From an uncultured Phascolarctobacterium sp. (lineage in GTDB: Bacteria; Bacillota; Negativicutes; Acidaminococcales; Acidaminococcaceae), in contig CANQBR010000002.1 of the NCBI GenBank assembly GCA_947589605.1, forward strand, positions 7,361 through 71,360: DNA of 64,000 bases. The letters run 5' to 3'. How positions within the stretch are numbered: position 1 is the stretch's first letter; every line of letters starts with the position of its first letter. The position numbers and the translations under genes are program-made. The notes under the pieces were generated by a model that was not told the origin of the DNA, searched no databases, and saw only the letters and a list, made by a program, of their open reading frames with translations. Shown piece after piece: positions 8,563-16,691 of the stretch.

Positions 8563-9895
8563 AAAAGTGCCTTGGAGCGAAGTGTGCCGGCGGCCCGACA
8601 CCTGTGCTTTAACGGGAGCGGCGGCCTTCGCCGCCGGTATCGTCGGAGCGAAGATCTTGGTCAACGGGCCCCTGTGGTGCTATTTTTACGCTCTGCGTTA
8701 TTTGGAGCGCAGTGAGTACCACATGGCTCAAAGGATGCAAAATTCTCAGCCCGACGGCACATCGATAGTGTACGGGACGGAAAAATGTCTCGTCGCCGCT
8801 TTGGAGCGTTTGCAAAAAAGCGGCGGCCCTGCCGAGCTGCTCTTTGTGGAGAACAGCTGCTCCGTGAGCCTCATCGGCGACGATACGGAAGGGATCGTCG
8901 GCAGTCTCGACTTAAACTGTCCCTTCGTGACCATGGATTGCGGCGGGCTCATAGGCGGCTTCGCCGAAGGTTGGAGCAGGGCCGCCGTCCGCACTTTGAG
9001 CAAGCTGAGCTCTGCGGCCCCGGCTCCCGAGCGGAAAAGCTGCCGGCCTCGGCTCAACCTTTTGGGCCTTACCGATTTTTATTTCAACGGCAGGGCGGAC
9101 CGAGAAGAGCTGGTCCGTTTGCTGGAGCTGGCAGGCTACGAGGTGAATTGCATCTGCGGCGCCTCTACCGCAGAAGAGCTGCGATCCATCGCTTCTGCCG
9201 ACTTGAACGTGGTCTGTCACGAAGAACTGGGGCTGGAAGCGGCCCGCTATTTGAACAAACGCTACGGCCTTCCCTATATCAGCCCGGGCCTTCCCTACGG
9301 TTGTCGAGGCAGCGTGGCTTGGTTGGAAAAAGTACACTACGCTCTGCCCTGCCCTCACTTAGAGCGAGCACGGGCGGAAGCGGAGGAGACAGAGGGGCGC
9401 CTCACTGTGTGGGGCAATGAGCTGAGCAGCGTTTGGGGAGAATTGTGGTTCGATAAAGCGTTGGTGGCGGCGCCGGGGACGACGGCCCACTGTGTCGCTC
9501 AAGCCCTGCGTTGCGAGTGGGCCGACTTGGGAGAACTGGCGGTGTTGCCTCGGCAGGCTCTGCAAAACAGCTACTGCGACTGCGCCGATAAATCGCACAG
9601 CGCAGGAGAAGAAGAGGCTGCCTTGCAAGATCTTTGTTCATCCGCCGAAGGGCAGTGCCTTTTGCTTTTGGGAAGCAGCAACGAGAGCATGGAGCTGCGC
9701 AGAGCCGGTCTTTTTGACAGCGCCGTCTGCAACATAGCCCACCCCGTCAGCGACGAAGTGCTCCTCATCGGCGAGCCCTTCATGGGGCTGAGGGGCAGCG
9801 CCCACATGCAGCAGCGGCTGTGGAACGCTTATATCCGCCGGACCTTGGCCTGCGGCGGGCGAGCCGAAGAAAATTTCCGAAAGAATTTCCGATGA
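8555..9895 (+). CDS. nitrogenase component-1-type oxidoreductase, NifK/BchB-like subunit (paralog of the preceding gene)
   Basis: 446 aa. Cys17 (DTCALTG), Cys42 and Cys102 (ENSCSVSLIGDD) mirror the upstream paralog. ATGTCTGA gives an 8-nt overlap with the previous stop. Confidence 0.75.
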   Translation: MSEKVPWSEVCRRPDTCALTGAAAFAAGIVGAKILVNGPLWCYFYALRYLERSEYHMAQRMQNSQPDGTSIVYGTEKCLVAALERLQKSGGPAELLFVENSCSVSLIGDDTEGIVGSLDLNCPFVTMDCGGLIGGFAEGWSRAAVRTLSKLSSAAPAPERKSCRPRLNLLGLTDFYFNGRADREELVRLLELAGYEVNCICGASTAEELRSIASADLNVVCHEELGLEAARYLNKRYGLPYISPGLPYGCRGSVAWLEKVHYALPCPHLERARAEAEETEGRLTVWGNELSSVWGELWFDKALVAAPGTTAHCVAQALRCEWADLGELAVLPRQALQNSYCDCADKSHSAGEEEAALQDLCSSAEGQCLLLLGSSNESMELRRAGLFDSAVCNIAHPVSDEVLLIGEPFMGLRGSAHMQQRLWNAYIRRTLACGGRAEENFRKNFR

Positions 9896-9923
9896 TGATA
9901 GATCTTTTGCGGGGGAGCGAAAA

Positions 9924-12900
9924 ATGAAAGTGCTCTTTTTGACCAATGTGCTCCGCAGTTTGGGGACCATGCGGCAAGCCATGGGCTTTTTACAGCGAGA
10001 GGGCAGTCTGGACGGCAGTTGTTCCGCTTTGTGGGTGACGGAAGCGACGGCTTGGGACGATGCTTGGGCAGCTGAACTGGAAAAGACGGACTTTTTGCTT
10101 TTGCAATGGATGGGGACCGGCCTCGACACTCCCTTTCTGCAGCGGCTGCAGCAGATTTTGCAGCAAAGAGACATCCGTTATTACATCGATGCGGCGGGCA
10201 CGGAAGAAGGAGAATTTTCCAATAAACTTACGGAAGAGCAACTGGACCTGCTCCGGCGCTACTTCCTTTTGGGCGGCGAAAGCAATTTCAAAAATCTGTG
10301 GCTCTGCTGCGCCGCTTTCAGCGGAGCGAAAAATTCTTATGCGCCTCCCGAACCTCTTCCTTGGTGCGGCATCTATCATCCCCGAGCCGCCAAAGTTTAC
10401 ACAGATCTGCAAGAATACGAGGCGGACTTCTGTCGGCCCGGCCTCCCCGCTTTGGGCATCTTCTTCTATCGGGACGAATGGGTGTGGAATGATCTGGCCT
10501 ATCAAAAGGCGCTGGTGGAAGAAGCGGAGCGGCAGGGCCTCAATGCGGTGTGCGTCTTCAGCAACGGCATCCCCCTGCCTGAGCTGGGCATGCCGAGCCT
10601 GCCTCAGGTGTTCGACAAATTCTTTCGCAAAAACGGCGTGCCTTTCATCGACTGTCTCCTCAACACCACCAAGTTCTCTCTCACGGGGAGCGGCGCCCTG
10701 ACCGTTGCTTATTTGCAAGAGCTGGGGGTGCCGGTGCTGGCGGCCTACACATTGATGAAAGATTATAACGAGTGGGCGGAAAACTTTGAAGGGCTGAGCC
10801 CTACGGAGGTGGCCATAGGCGTGAGCATGCCGGAATTCGACGGGGTGCTCCACGGGGTGCCTGTGGCCTGCAAAAAAGTGCTGCCTAACGGTGACGTGTG
10901 CTATCTGCCCATAGCCGAGCGATTGGCGCAGATGGTGAAGAAAGCCAAAAAATGGGCGCTTCTCAGACGCAAACAAAACAGTGAGAAAAAGATCGCTGTC
11001 ATCTTTCATAATTATCCTCCCCGCAACTCCAACATCGGCAGCGCTTTAGGGCTGGACTCCGTCGAAAGCGTCCGCCGTCTGCTGGCGCTTTTAAAAGAAC
11101 GGGGTTATCAAGTGGACCACCTCCCTGCCGACGGCAACGAGCTTATCGCTCAGATAACCGCCAACGCCACCAACGACAAAAATATGTTGGGCAGCCGCCG
11201 CATCGAAGAAGCCATGAAGCTCTCAGCTGCGGCTTACAAAAAATTTTACGAACAACTCCCCGTCAAAACTCAAAACGAATTGAAACGAGATTGGGGCGAA
11301 GCGCCGGGGGAAGTGATGACTGTGGACGACTCCCTCTTGGTGCCTGGCACGGTGAACGGCAATATCTTCATCACCGTGCAGCCGCCCCGCGGCTTCGGCG
11401 AGGACCCGGCCAAGCTCTATCACGACCCCGACTGTGCTCCCACCCATCATTATTTGGCCGTTTACCGCTGGCTGAAGGAAGTGTGGCAGGCGGATGCATT
11501 GCTCCACATCGGCACTCACGGCAGTTTGGAATGGCTGCCGGGGAAAAATGCGGCCCTGAGCGCCGCCTGCTATCCCGATATAGCCCTGGCTCAGTTGCCG
11601 AACATCTATCCCTATCACATGACCATCGTAGGGGAAGGGCTGCAGGCCAAACGGCGGGGCGGCGCCTGCCTCATCGATCATCTTCCCGCTCCCCAGAGCA
11701 GGGCCGGGTCGTACGACGAAACGGAAGAAACGGAAAAATTATTAGATGAATATGCTTATTTTGCTCAAAATAGGCCCGAAGAGCTGCCCCGGGCAGAGCA
11801 GCTGCTGCTGAAAAAGGCCGAGGCAGCCCACCTCACCGACGACGTGCCCTACGATCCGGCCAAACCTTTCAAAGAATACGTTGCGGCTCTGCATAATTAT
11901 CTTTCCGAATTGAAGAGCATGGAAGTGCACGTGGGGCTCCACATTTTGGGCCAGCCGCCGCAAAAAGAGCTGCAGATCGATCAATTGTGGCTGCTGACCC
12001 GCAGAGACAACGGCAAAGTAATGAGCTTGGAAAAGATCATCGCTTCTTTATACGGCGTCACCTGCGAAGAATTGACTGCCCGCAGCGCAGAGATCTATCA
12101 GCCGCTGCAGCTCACTTACGGCCGCTTGGCCGACAAAATTTACGAAGAGGGCCGAGAAGTCCTCCGTTTGCTGCAAGAAGGAGGCTTCACTTCGGCAGCT
12201 GTCGAAAAAGTTTTGGCTCTGCCGCAGTTGACCGGTGCAGAAGCAACTCTTCGCAAAAAAATGAGAGAACTTTGCTTCTACATCAACGAAACGCTCTGCC
12301 CCGCTCTGCAGGCTACGGAGCAAGAAATGAAAAATATGCTGAGAGCTTTGGAAGGGCAGTATGTGGAGCCGGGACCCGGGGGCTCTCCTGCCAGCGCCGG
12401 CTGTGAGCTTTTGCCCAGCGGCCGCAACTTCTACGGCGTAGATCCCCGCAGTCTGCCTACACCGGCGGCGTGGGAGCTGGGGAAAATTTTAGGCGATCAA
12501 GTCATAGAGCGTTTCATCGCCGAAGAAGGGCGCTACCCCGAGAGCGTGGGGCTGGTGCTGTGGGCCGGCAGCAACATGAGGAGCCGAGGCCAATGTGCGG
12601 CTGAATTTTTGTACTTATTGGGCCTGCGGCCCCGCTATCAAAAGGGGAGCCTGCGGGTGACGGGGGTCGATGTCATCCCCTTGGAAGAATTACGCCGCCC
12701 CCGCATCGATGTGGTGGGCCGCATCAGCGGCCTCTTGCGTGACTCTATGCCTTCCGTGGCCGAACTTTTGGACCAAGGGGCGCAGATCGCGGCGTCTTTA
12801 GATGAACCGCCCGAACAAAACTACGTTCGGGCCCACGCTTTAGCCGATGCCGCCGAATTACAAGCAGGCGGTATGAAAAAAGAAGAAGCGTGGCGGCAGG

Positions 12901-13631
12901 CCTGCTATCGTATCTTCGGCGATCCGCCGGGCACTTATGGGGCGGGAGTGCCGGAGCTTTTGGAAGCAAAAAATTGGCAAACAGTGGATGATATAGCCTC
13001 CGTTTATATGCGTTGGGGCGGCCATGCTTACGGGGGCAGAGCCCGGGGCGTATATTTGCCGGAACTTTTTCGCAAACGTTTGAGCAGTGTGGATATCGCC
13101 GTGAAAAACGACGACAATCACGACAACAACATGCTGGCCAGCGACGATTACAACGCTTATCACGGCGGTCTGATCGCCGCGGTGCGCAGTGTGAGGGGCA
13201 AGGCCCCCAAAGGTTACAGCGGCGACAGCAGCGACCGGGGTAAGGTGACTCTGCACAGCGTGCAGGAGCAGGCCAAGCGGCTCTTTCGCAGCGAGGCGAT
13301 CAATCCCAAATTCATCAAAGGAATGATGGAGCACGGCTATAAAGGGGCTGCCGACATGGCCAACATGGTGGCTCACAGTTATCAGTGGGACGCCACCAGC
13401 GGGGTCTTGGAAGATTGGATGTACGAAGGCTACGCCGAAAAATATACCTTCGACCCGAAAGTGCAGGCATGGCTGAAAGAGGTGAACCCCTGGGCCCTGC
13501 AGCGGATGACGGAGGTGCTGTTGGAGGCGGAGCAGCGGGGGCTGTGGAACGCCCGGCCCGAGACCGCCGCCAAATTGCGGGAGTTGTACCTTTCTATGGA
13601 AGGGGACTTGGAGGAACTCAACGATCGATGA
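9924..13631 (+). CDS. CobN/ChlH/HmuS-family large chelatase subunit
   Basis: 1235 aa, the size and architecture typical of CobN-Mg_chel. Blocks such as HFGTHGSLEWLPGK-like (HIGTHGSLEWLPGKN). RBS GGGGGAG. Confidence 0.88.
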   Translation: MKVLFLTNVLRSLGTMRQAMGFLQREGSLDGSCSALWVTEATAWDDAWAAELEKTDFLLLQWMGTGLDTPFLQRLQQILQQRDIRYYIDAAGTEEGEFSNKLTEEQLDLLRRYFLLGGESNFKNLWLCCAAFSGAKNSYAPPEPLPWCGIYHPRAAKVYTDLQEYEADFCRPGLPALGIFFYRDEWVWNDLAYQKALVEEAERQGLNAVCVFSNGIPLPELGMPSLPQVFDKFFRKNGVPFIDCLLNTTKFSLTGSGALTVAYLQELGVPVLAAYTLMKDYNEWAENFEGLSPTEVAIGVSMPEFDGVLHGVPVACKKVLPNGDVCYLPIAERLAQMVKKAKKWALLRRKQNSEKKIAVIFHNYPPRNSNIGSALGLDSVESVRRLLALLKERGYQVDHLPADGNELIAQITANATNDKNMLGSRRIEEAMKLSAAAYKKFYEQLPVKTQNELKRDWGEAPGEVMTVDDSLLVPGTVNGNIFITVQPPRGFGEDPAKLYHDPDCAPTHHYLAVYRWLKEVWQADALLHIGTHGSLEWLPGKNAALSAACYPDIALAQLPNIYPYHMTIVGEGLQAKRRGGACLIDHLPAPQSRAGSYDETEETEKLLDEYAYFAQNRPEELPRAEQLLLKKAEAAHLTDDVPYDPAKPFKEYVAALHNYLSELKSMEVHVGLHILGQPPQKELQIDQLWLLTRRDNGKVMSLEKIIASLYGVTCEELTARSAEIYQPLQLTYGRLADKIYEEGREVLRLLQEGGFTSAAVEKVLALPQLTGAEATLRKKMRELCFYINETLCPALQATEQEMKNMLRALEGQYVEPGPGGSPASAGCELLPSGRNFYGVDPRSLPTPAAWELGKILGDQVIERFIAEEGRYPESVGLVLWAGSNMRSRGQCAAEFLYLLGLRPRYQKGSLRVTGVDVIPLEELRRPRIDVVGRISGLLRDSMPSVAELLDQGAQIAASLDEPPEQNYVRAHALADAAELQAGGMKKEEAWRQACYRIFGDPPGTYGAGVPELLEAKNWQTVDDIASVYMRWGGHAYGGRARGVYLPELFRKRLSSVDIAVKNDDNHDNNMLASDDYNAYHGGLIAAVRSVRGKAPKGYSGDSSDRGKVTLHSVQEQAKRLFRSEAINPKFIKGMMEHGYKGAADMANMVAHSYQWDATSGVLEDWMYEGYAEKYTFDPKVQAWLKEVNPWALQRMTEVLLEAEQRGLWNARPETAAKLRELYLSMEGDLEELNDR

Positions 13632-14644
13632 AAGATAGCCTCGGGCTCGCCCCCTTGAAGCAAGCAGTGCTGAGTTTGAGCGGCCGCTGCAACTATGCCT
13701 GCCGTTATTGCTATGCCTCGGGGCAGAGGAGCGAAGACATGAGCCCCGCAACGGCACGAAAAGCGGTGGAGCTGGCGGCAGGGCAAAAAGAAAAATTCAT
13801 ATTGCAATTCAGCGGCGGCGAACCCTTGTTGGCTCTTCCCGCTCTGCAGGCGGCAGTCATCTATGCGGAAGAAAAAAAGCTCGACTGCGTCATGCAGGTG
13901 CAGACCAATGCAGCTCTTTTGACGGAAGAGATCGCTTTGTGGCTCTTTCGCCATAAAGTGGGGATAGGCGTCAGCCTGGACGGCCGGCCTGCGGTGAACG
14001 ATCGGCTGCGGCGCACGAAAAAGGGCGAAGGCGCCTCTTTCTCCGCTTTGCGGGGGCTGGAAGTGTTGCGACGTTTGGGCATCGGTTGCGGCCTTACCTG
14101 TACGGTGACGAAAGAAAACGTGAACGAGCTGGAAAGGATAGTAGAGCTGGCCTACTTTCTCGGCAACGTGAGAAGATTGGGCTTCGACCTTTTGCGGGCG
14201 CAAGGCAGAGGCCGTGAGGTCTCGCCGCCGTCGCCCCAAGAGGCAGAGGCGGCGATAGAGCGGGTGCGGCGGCGCAACAAAGAGTTGGCGGAGCTCACCG
14301 GCTATGAGATAAAGCTCACCCAAGAAGAAAAAGCTGCGAAGAAAGGCGAGGGACTCCGCCACTGCCCGGCTGTGCGGGGAGAGGCAGTCTTTGTTGCGGC
14401 GGACGGGAGCCTCTACGCCTGTGCCTCTTTCATCGGCGACGAAAAATTTTACATCGGCTGCGCCGAGCGGGGCATCGACGAAAAACTGCGGCGGCAGGCG
14501 ACGGCCGCCTTGCAAAATATGTTGGCCTCTTGTCAACGTTGTCCCGAGCTCGCCGAGTGCGGGGGCGGCTGCGCCGCCCGTTGGCAGCAAGGTGCCTATC
14601 CCGCCGAGTGCGCCTGCAAACGAGCCTTTCGCACAACTTTGTGA
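13628..14644 (+). CDS. radical SAM enzyme with a C-terminal SPASM-type auxiliary cluster domain
   Basis: CNYACRYC (CxxxCxxC) at residues ~22-29, FSGGEPLL, and C-terminal CQRCPELAECGGGCAARW. Start set to ATG 13628, which overlaps the cobN-like stop (ATGA); the track N-terminus (13385) lies inside cobN. Confidence 0.85.
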   Translation: MKDSLGLAPLKQAVLSLSGRCNYACRYCYASGQRSEDMSPATARKAVELAAGQKEKFILQFSGGEPLLALPALQAAVIYAEEKKLDCVMQVQTNAALLTEEIALWLFRHKVGIGVSLDGRPAVNDRLRRTKKGEGASFSALRGLEVLRRLGIGCGLTCTVTKENVNELERIVELAYFLGNVRRLGFDLLRAQGRGREVSPPSPQEAEAAIERVRRRNKELAELTGYEIKLTQEEKAAKKGEGLRHCPAVRGEAVFVAADGSLYACASFIGDEKFYIGCAERGIDEKLRRQATAALQNMLASCQRCPELAECGGGCAARWQQGAYPAECACKRAFRTTL

Positions 14645-15019
14645 CAAAGCAAAACGAGAGCGCCGCTTTTAAAAGCACCTCTCGCAAAAAATCGGTGATA
14701 AAACGAAAGAGCGTCCGCTTCTGAACGAGTCTTTCGCAAAGATCGCGACCGTATGAACAGACGCACCCTTTTCCGAAAGGGATATTCGAAAAAATGTCGT
14801 CACCGAAACCGACGACACCTTCGCCTTCAGATACAGACGGATCGAGAAAAAGTCCCCGTTTTTTTCTTCAAGTCGCCGGAAAAGAGCGGGAGAGGAAAAG
14901 TCCCGAGTTTTCGTCCCGTGCGTTTTTTGCGGGAGGGAGAGAGAAAAAGACGAGGGCACGATGAAAAACCAAAAGGCGAAAGAAAAAAGCCGCAGTTTTG
15001 CGATAAAGAGCCATAATTA

Positions 15020-15048
15020 TTGACCTTCCCAAATGAAAAGTCTATAAT
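15020..15048 (+). promoter_or_regulatory. sigma70-like promoter
   Basis: TTGACC - 17 nt - TATAAT, 62 nt upstream of ATG 15111. Confidence 0.65.
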
Positions 15049-15110
15049 AAATGATAACAGGTTGCAAAAAACTCTCCGACGTATTAACTAAAAGAGGAGT
15101 GAGGAAAATA

Positions 15111-15536
15111 ATGCGAAAAACGATCGCAACATTGCTGACGGCGGTTCTTTTGTCTTTCGGCCTGTGTGCCTCGGCCTTAGCGGCGGAGGCGAGCGGCTTG
15201 GTGGGCTACGTGTATGTGCAGCAGGTGCTGCAGAGCCACCCCGATTATAAAACGGCGGTGAGCGCCGTAGGCTTGGAGCGCCAGCGGGCCGAGAAAGAAT
15301 TCGCCGACAAGGCGGCAGCGCTGGACGAAAACGCCAGGAACGCTTTGGCTGAAAGATTGACCCAGCAGGTGAACAAAAGGGAGCAGGAATTGATGGAGCC
15401 TATTTTGAAAAAAGTCCGCTCCGCCATCGCTGCCGTGGCCAAACAAAACAGCATCGCCAGCGTAGTGGACGGCGGGGCCATGCTCTACGGGGGCAAGGAC
15501 CTCACCCGGGACGTGATCGCCGAAGTGCTGAAATAA
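15111..15536 (+). CDS. OmpH/Skp-family periplasmic chaperone
   Basis: Signal peptide (LLSFGLCASALAAEA) followed by a coiled-coil OmpH-like body (YVYVQQVLQSHPDYK...EFADKAAALDE...QQVNKREQELMEPILKKV). RBS AGAGGAGTGAGG. Confidence 0.7.
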   Translation: MRKTIATLLTAVLLSFGLCASALAAEASGLVGYVYVQQVLQSHPDYKTAVSAVGLERQRAEKEFADKAAALDENARNALAERLTQQVNKREQELMEPILKKVRSAIAAVAKQNSIASVVDGGAMLYGGKDLTRDVIAEVLK

Positions 15537-15567
15537 GAGAGGCGAGGCAAAAAGTGAGGAGCAAAAC

Positions 15568-16125
15568 ATGAAGAAGCCGGCGGCTCTCGCTTTGGTCCTG
15601 CTGCTGGCTCTGCCCTTGGCCGGGGCTCGGGCCGAAGAGGAGCGGGGCACAGGCATGGACTGGCAGATCAGCATCCTGCCGCAGCAGACCCCGGAAGAAA
15701 AAGAAGCGGCTCGCTGGACGGAAGTGATGGAAAATTCCGTGGGCAAATATTTTTTGGCCCAAGACAGCATCTTCCTCACCCGTGGGCCCTTCGGGGATAA
15801 AGACAGGAACATCCTGCAGGCGGAGATCAAGACCGTCTTCGTCAACCCTCAGATCAAAAAGCAGCTGGACGAAAAGATCTTCGCCCCGCTCTTGAAAAAG
15901 GGCGACAGCGTAGAAAGCTGCAAGCAGAAGCTGCAGTTCAACCTGCGGGCCGGCCAGTACCGCGAGCTCTACAGCACGGTGTACGCCAAAAGCGGCGCAG
16001 TGCTGCAAGAGGGAGAAGGTAAAAAGCAATGGAAGCCGGTGCCGCCTCACAGCATCGCAGAAGCGGTGCTGGAAATTTTGAACCAAATACCCCCTTCGCA
16101 ATTGAAAGAAGAAGGGGAAGAGTAA
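15568..16125 (+). CDS. secreted hypothetical protein
   Basis: Good RBS (GTGAGGAG) and a cleavable-looking signal peptide MKKPAALALVLLLALPLAGARA. No recognisable motif. Confidence 0.6.
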   Translation: MKKPAALALVLLLALPLAGARAEEERGTGMDWQISILPQQTPEEKEAARWTEVMENSVGKYFLAQDSIFLTRGPFGDKDRNILQAEIKTVFVNPQIKKQLDEKIFAPLLKKGDSVESCKQKLQFNLRAGQYRELYSTVYAKSGAVLQEGEGKKQWKPVPPHSIAEAVLEILNQIPPSQLKEEGEE

Positions 16126-16147
16126 AAAATATCGGGAGGTATGACTT

Positions 16148-16645
16148 ATGAGCACAGAAGAGAAGGCCAAGGAACCTGCAACTTCATTGAACGTGAAGGC
16201 CCAAAAGTGGCAGACTTATTTGCAGGAGCAGAAGATCACCTGCTTCCAGTCCCGCATCGGCGGCGACGGGAAGCACACGGTGGTGTTCAGAGCTTTGATG
16301 GAGATCAACGGCCACAGGTTGCCCTTCTTGATCTACACCGACGACAGCATCTACATCGTGGTGAAGGTGCTGCTGGCAGAGGCAGGAGTGACCGTAGACA
16401 ACAAGGCTGCTCTTTTGGAATATATGGACGAGATGAACCGCAGCTATAAATTGTTCAAATATACCACTACGCCGGAAAACGATGTGGAATTGGTCTGCTG
16501 CCTGCTCCATACCGAAGAGAAATTCGACCCGGCCATGGTGCAGACCGCCATCGATCTGATGATGAGCCATTTGATCGAAAATTACTCCGCTTTGATGCGG
16601 GTGATCTGGACCGGCGAGAACAAGCCTCAGGAGAAGAAGAACTGA
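16148..16645 (+). CDS. hypothetical cytoplasmic protein (possibly YbjN-like fold)
   Basis: RBS GGGAGG and coding-like composition. The YbjN-like assignment is only a weak impression. Confidence 0.5.
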   Translation: MSTEEKAKEPATSLNVKAQKWQTYLQEQKITCFQSRIGGDGKHTVVFRALMEINGHRLPFLIYTDDSIYIVVKVLLAEAGVTVDNKAALLEYMDEMNRSYKLFKYTTTPENDVELVCCLLHTEEKFDPAMVQTAIDLMMSHLIENYSALMRVIWTGENKPQEKKN

Positions 16646-16691
16646 AGCGCCGGGCTCGCAAAAAGATGAAAAGAGCGAGGGCTCGAATATC

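Larger units (their letters stand above)
3470..14644 (+). other. seven-gene co-directional, translationally coupled operon (class-I chelatase + nitrogenase-like reductase + radical SAM)
   Basis: Successive junctions are: gap 16 nt, gap 27 nt, overlap 17 nt, overlap 8 nt, gap 28 nt, overlap 4 nt (ATGA). No terminator-like hairpin seen inside. Confidence 0.8.

Noticed and set aside
6477-9895. Genuine nitrogen-fixation (nifHDK) genes.
   Set aside because: - The D-like and K-like proteins are only 429 and 446 aa.
- No nifB/E/N/V or other nif accessory genes are nearby.
- The genes are embedded between chelatase subunits.

The context fits nitrogenase-like (Nfl) enzymes that act on organic substrates. 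Only phylogeny and ligand alignment can exclude nitrogenase formally.
13385-13627. An extended N-terminus of the radical-SAM ORF, as given in the track.
   Set aside because: This part lies inside the cobN-like coding region in another frame and is Gly/Arg/Ala junk. ATG 13628 forms an ATGA overlap with the cobN stop and places the CxxxCxxC motif at the normal distance from the start.
14645-15110. A RiPP precursor peptide for the SPASM radical-SAM enzyme (candidate ORFs 14753-15016 + and 14669-14959 -).
   Set aside because: - Neither ORF has an RBS.
- Both products are low-complexity basic sequences derived from the purine-rich repeats.
- No Cys-rich core peptide is present.
- The radical-SAM gene is translationally coupled to cobN, which favours a tetrapyrrole role.
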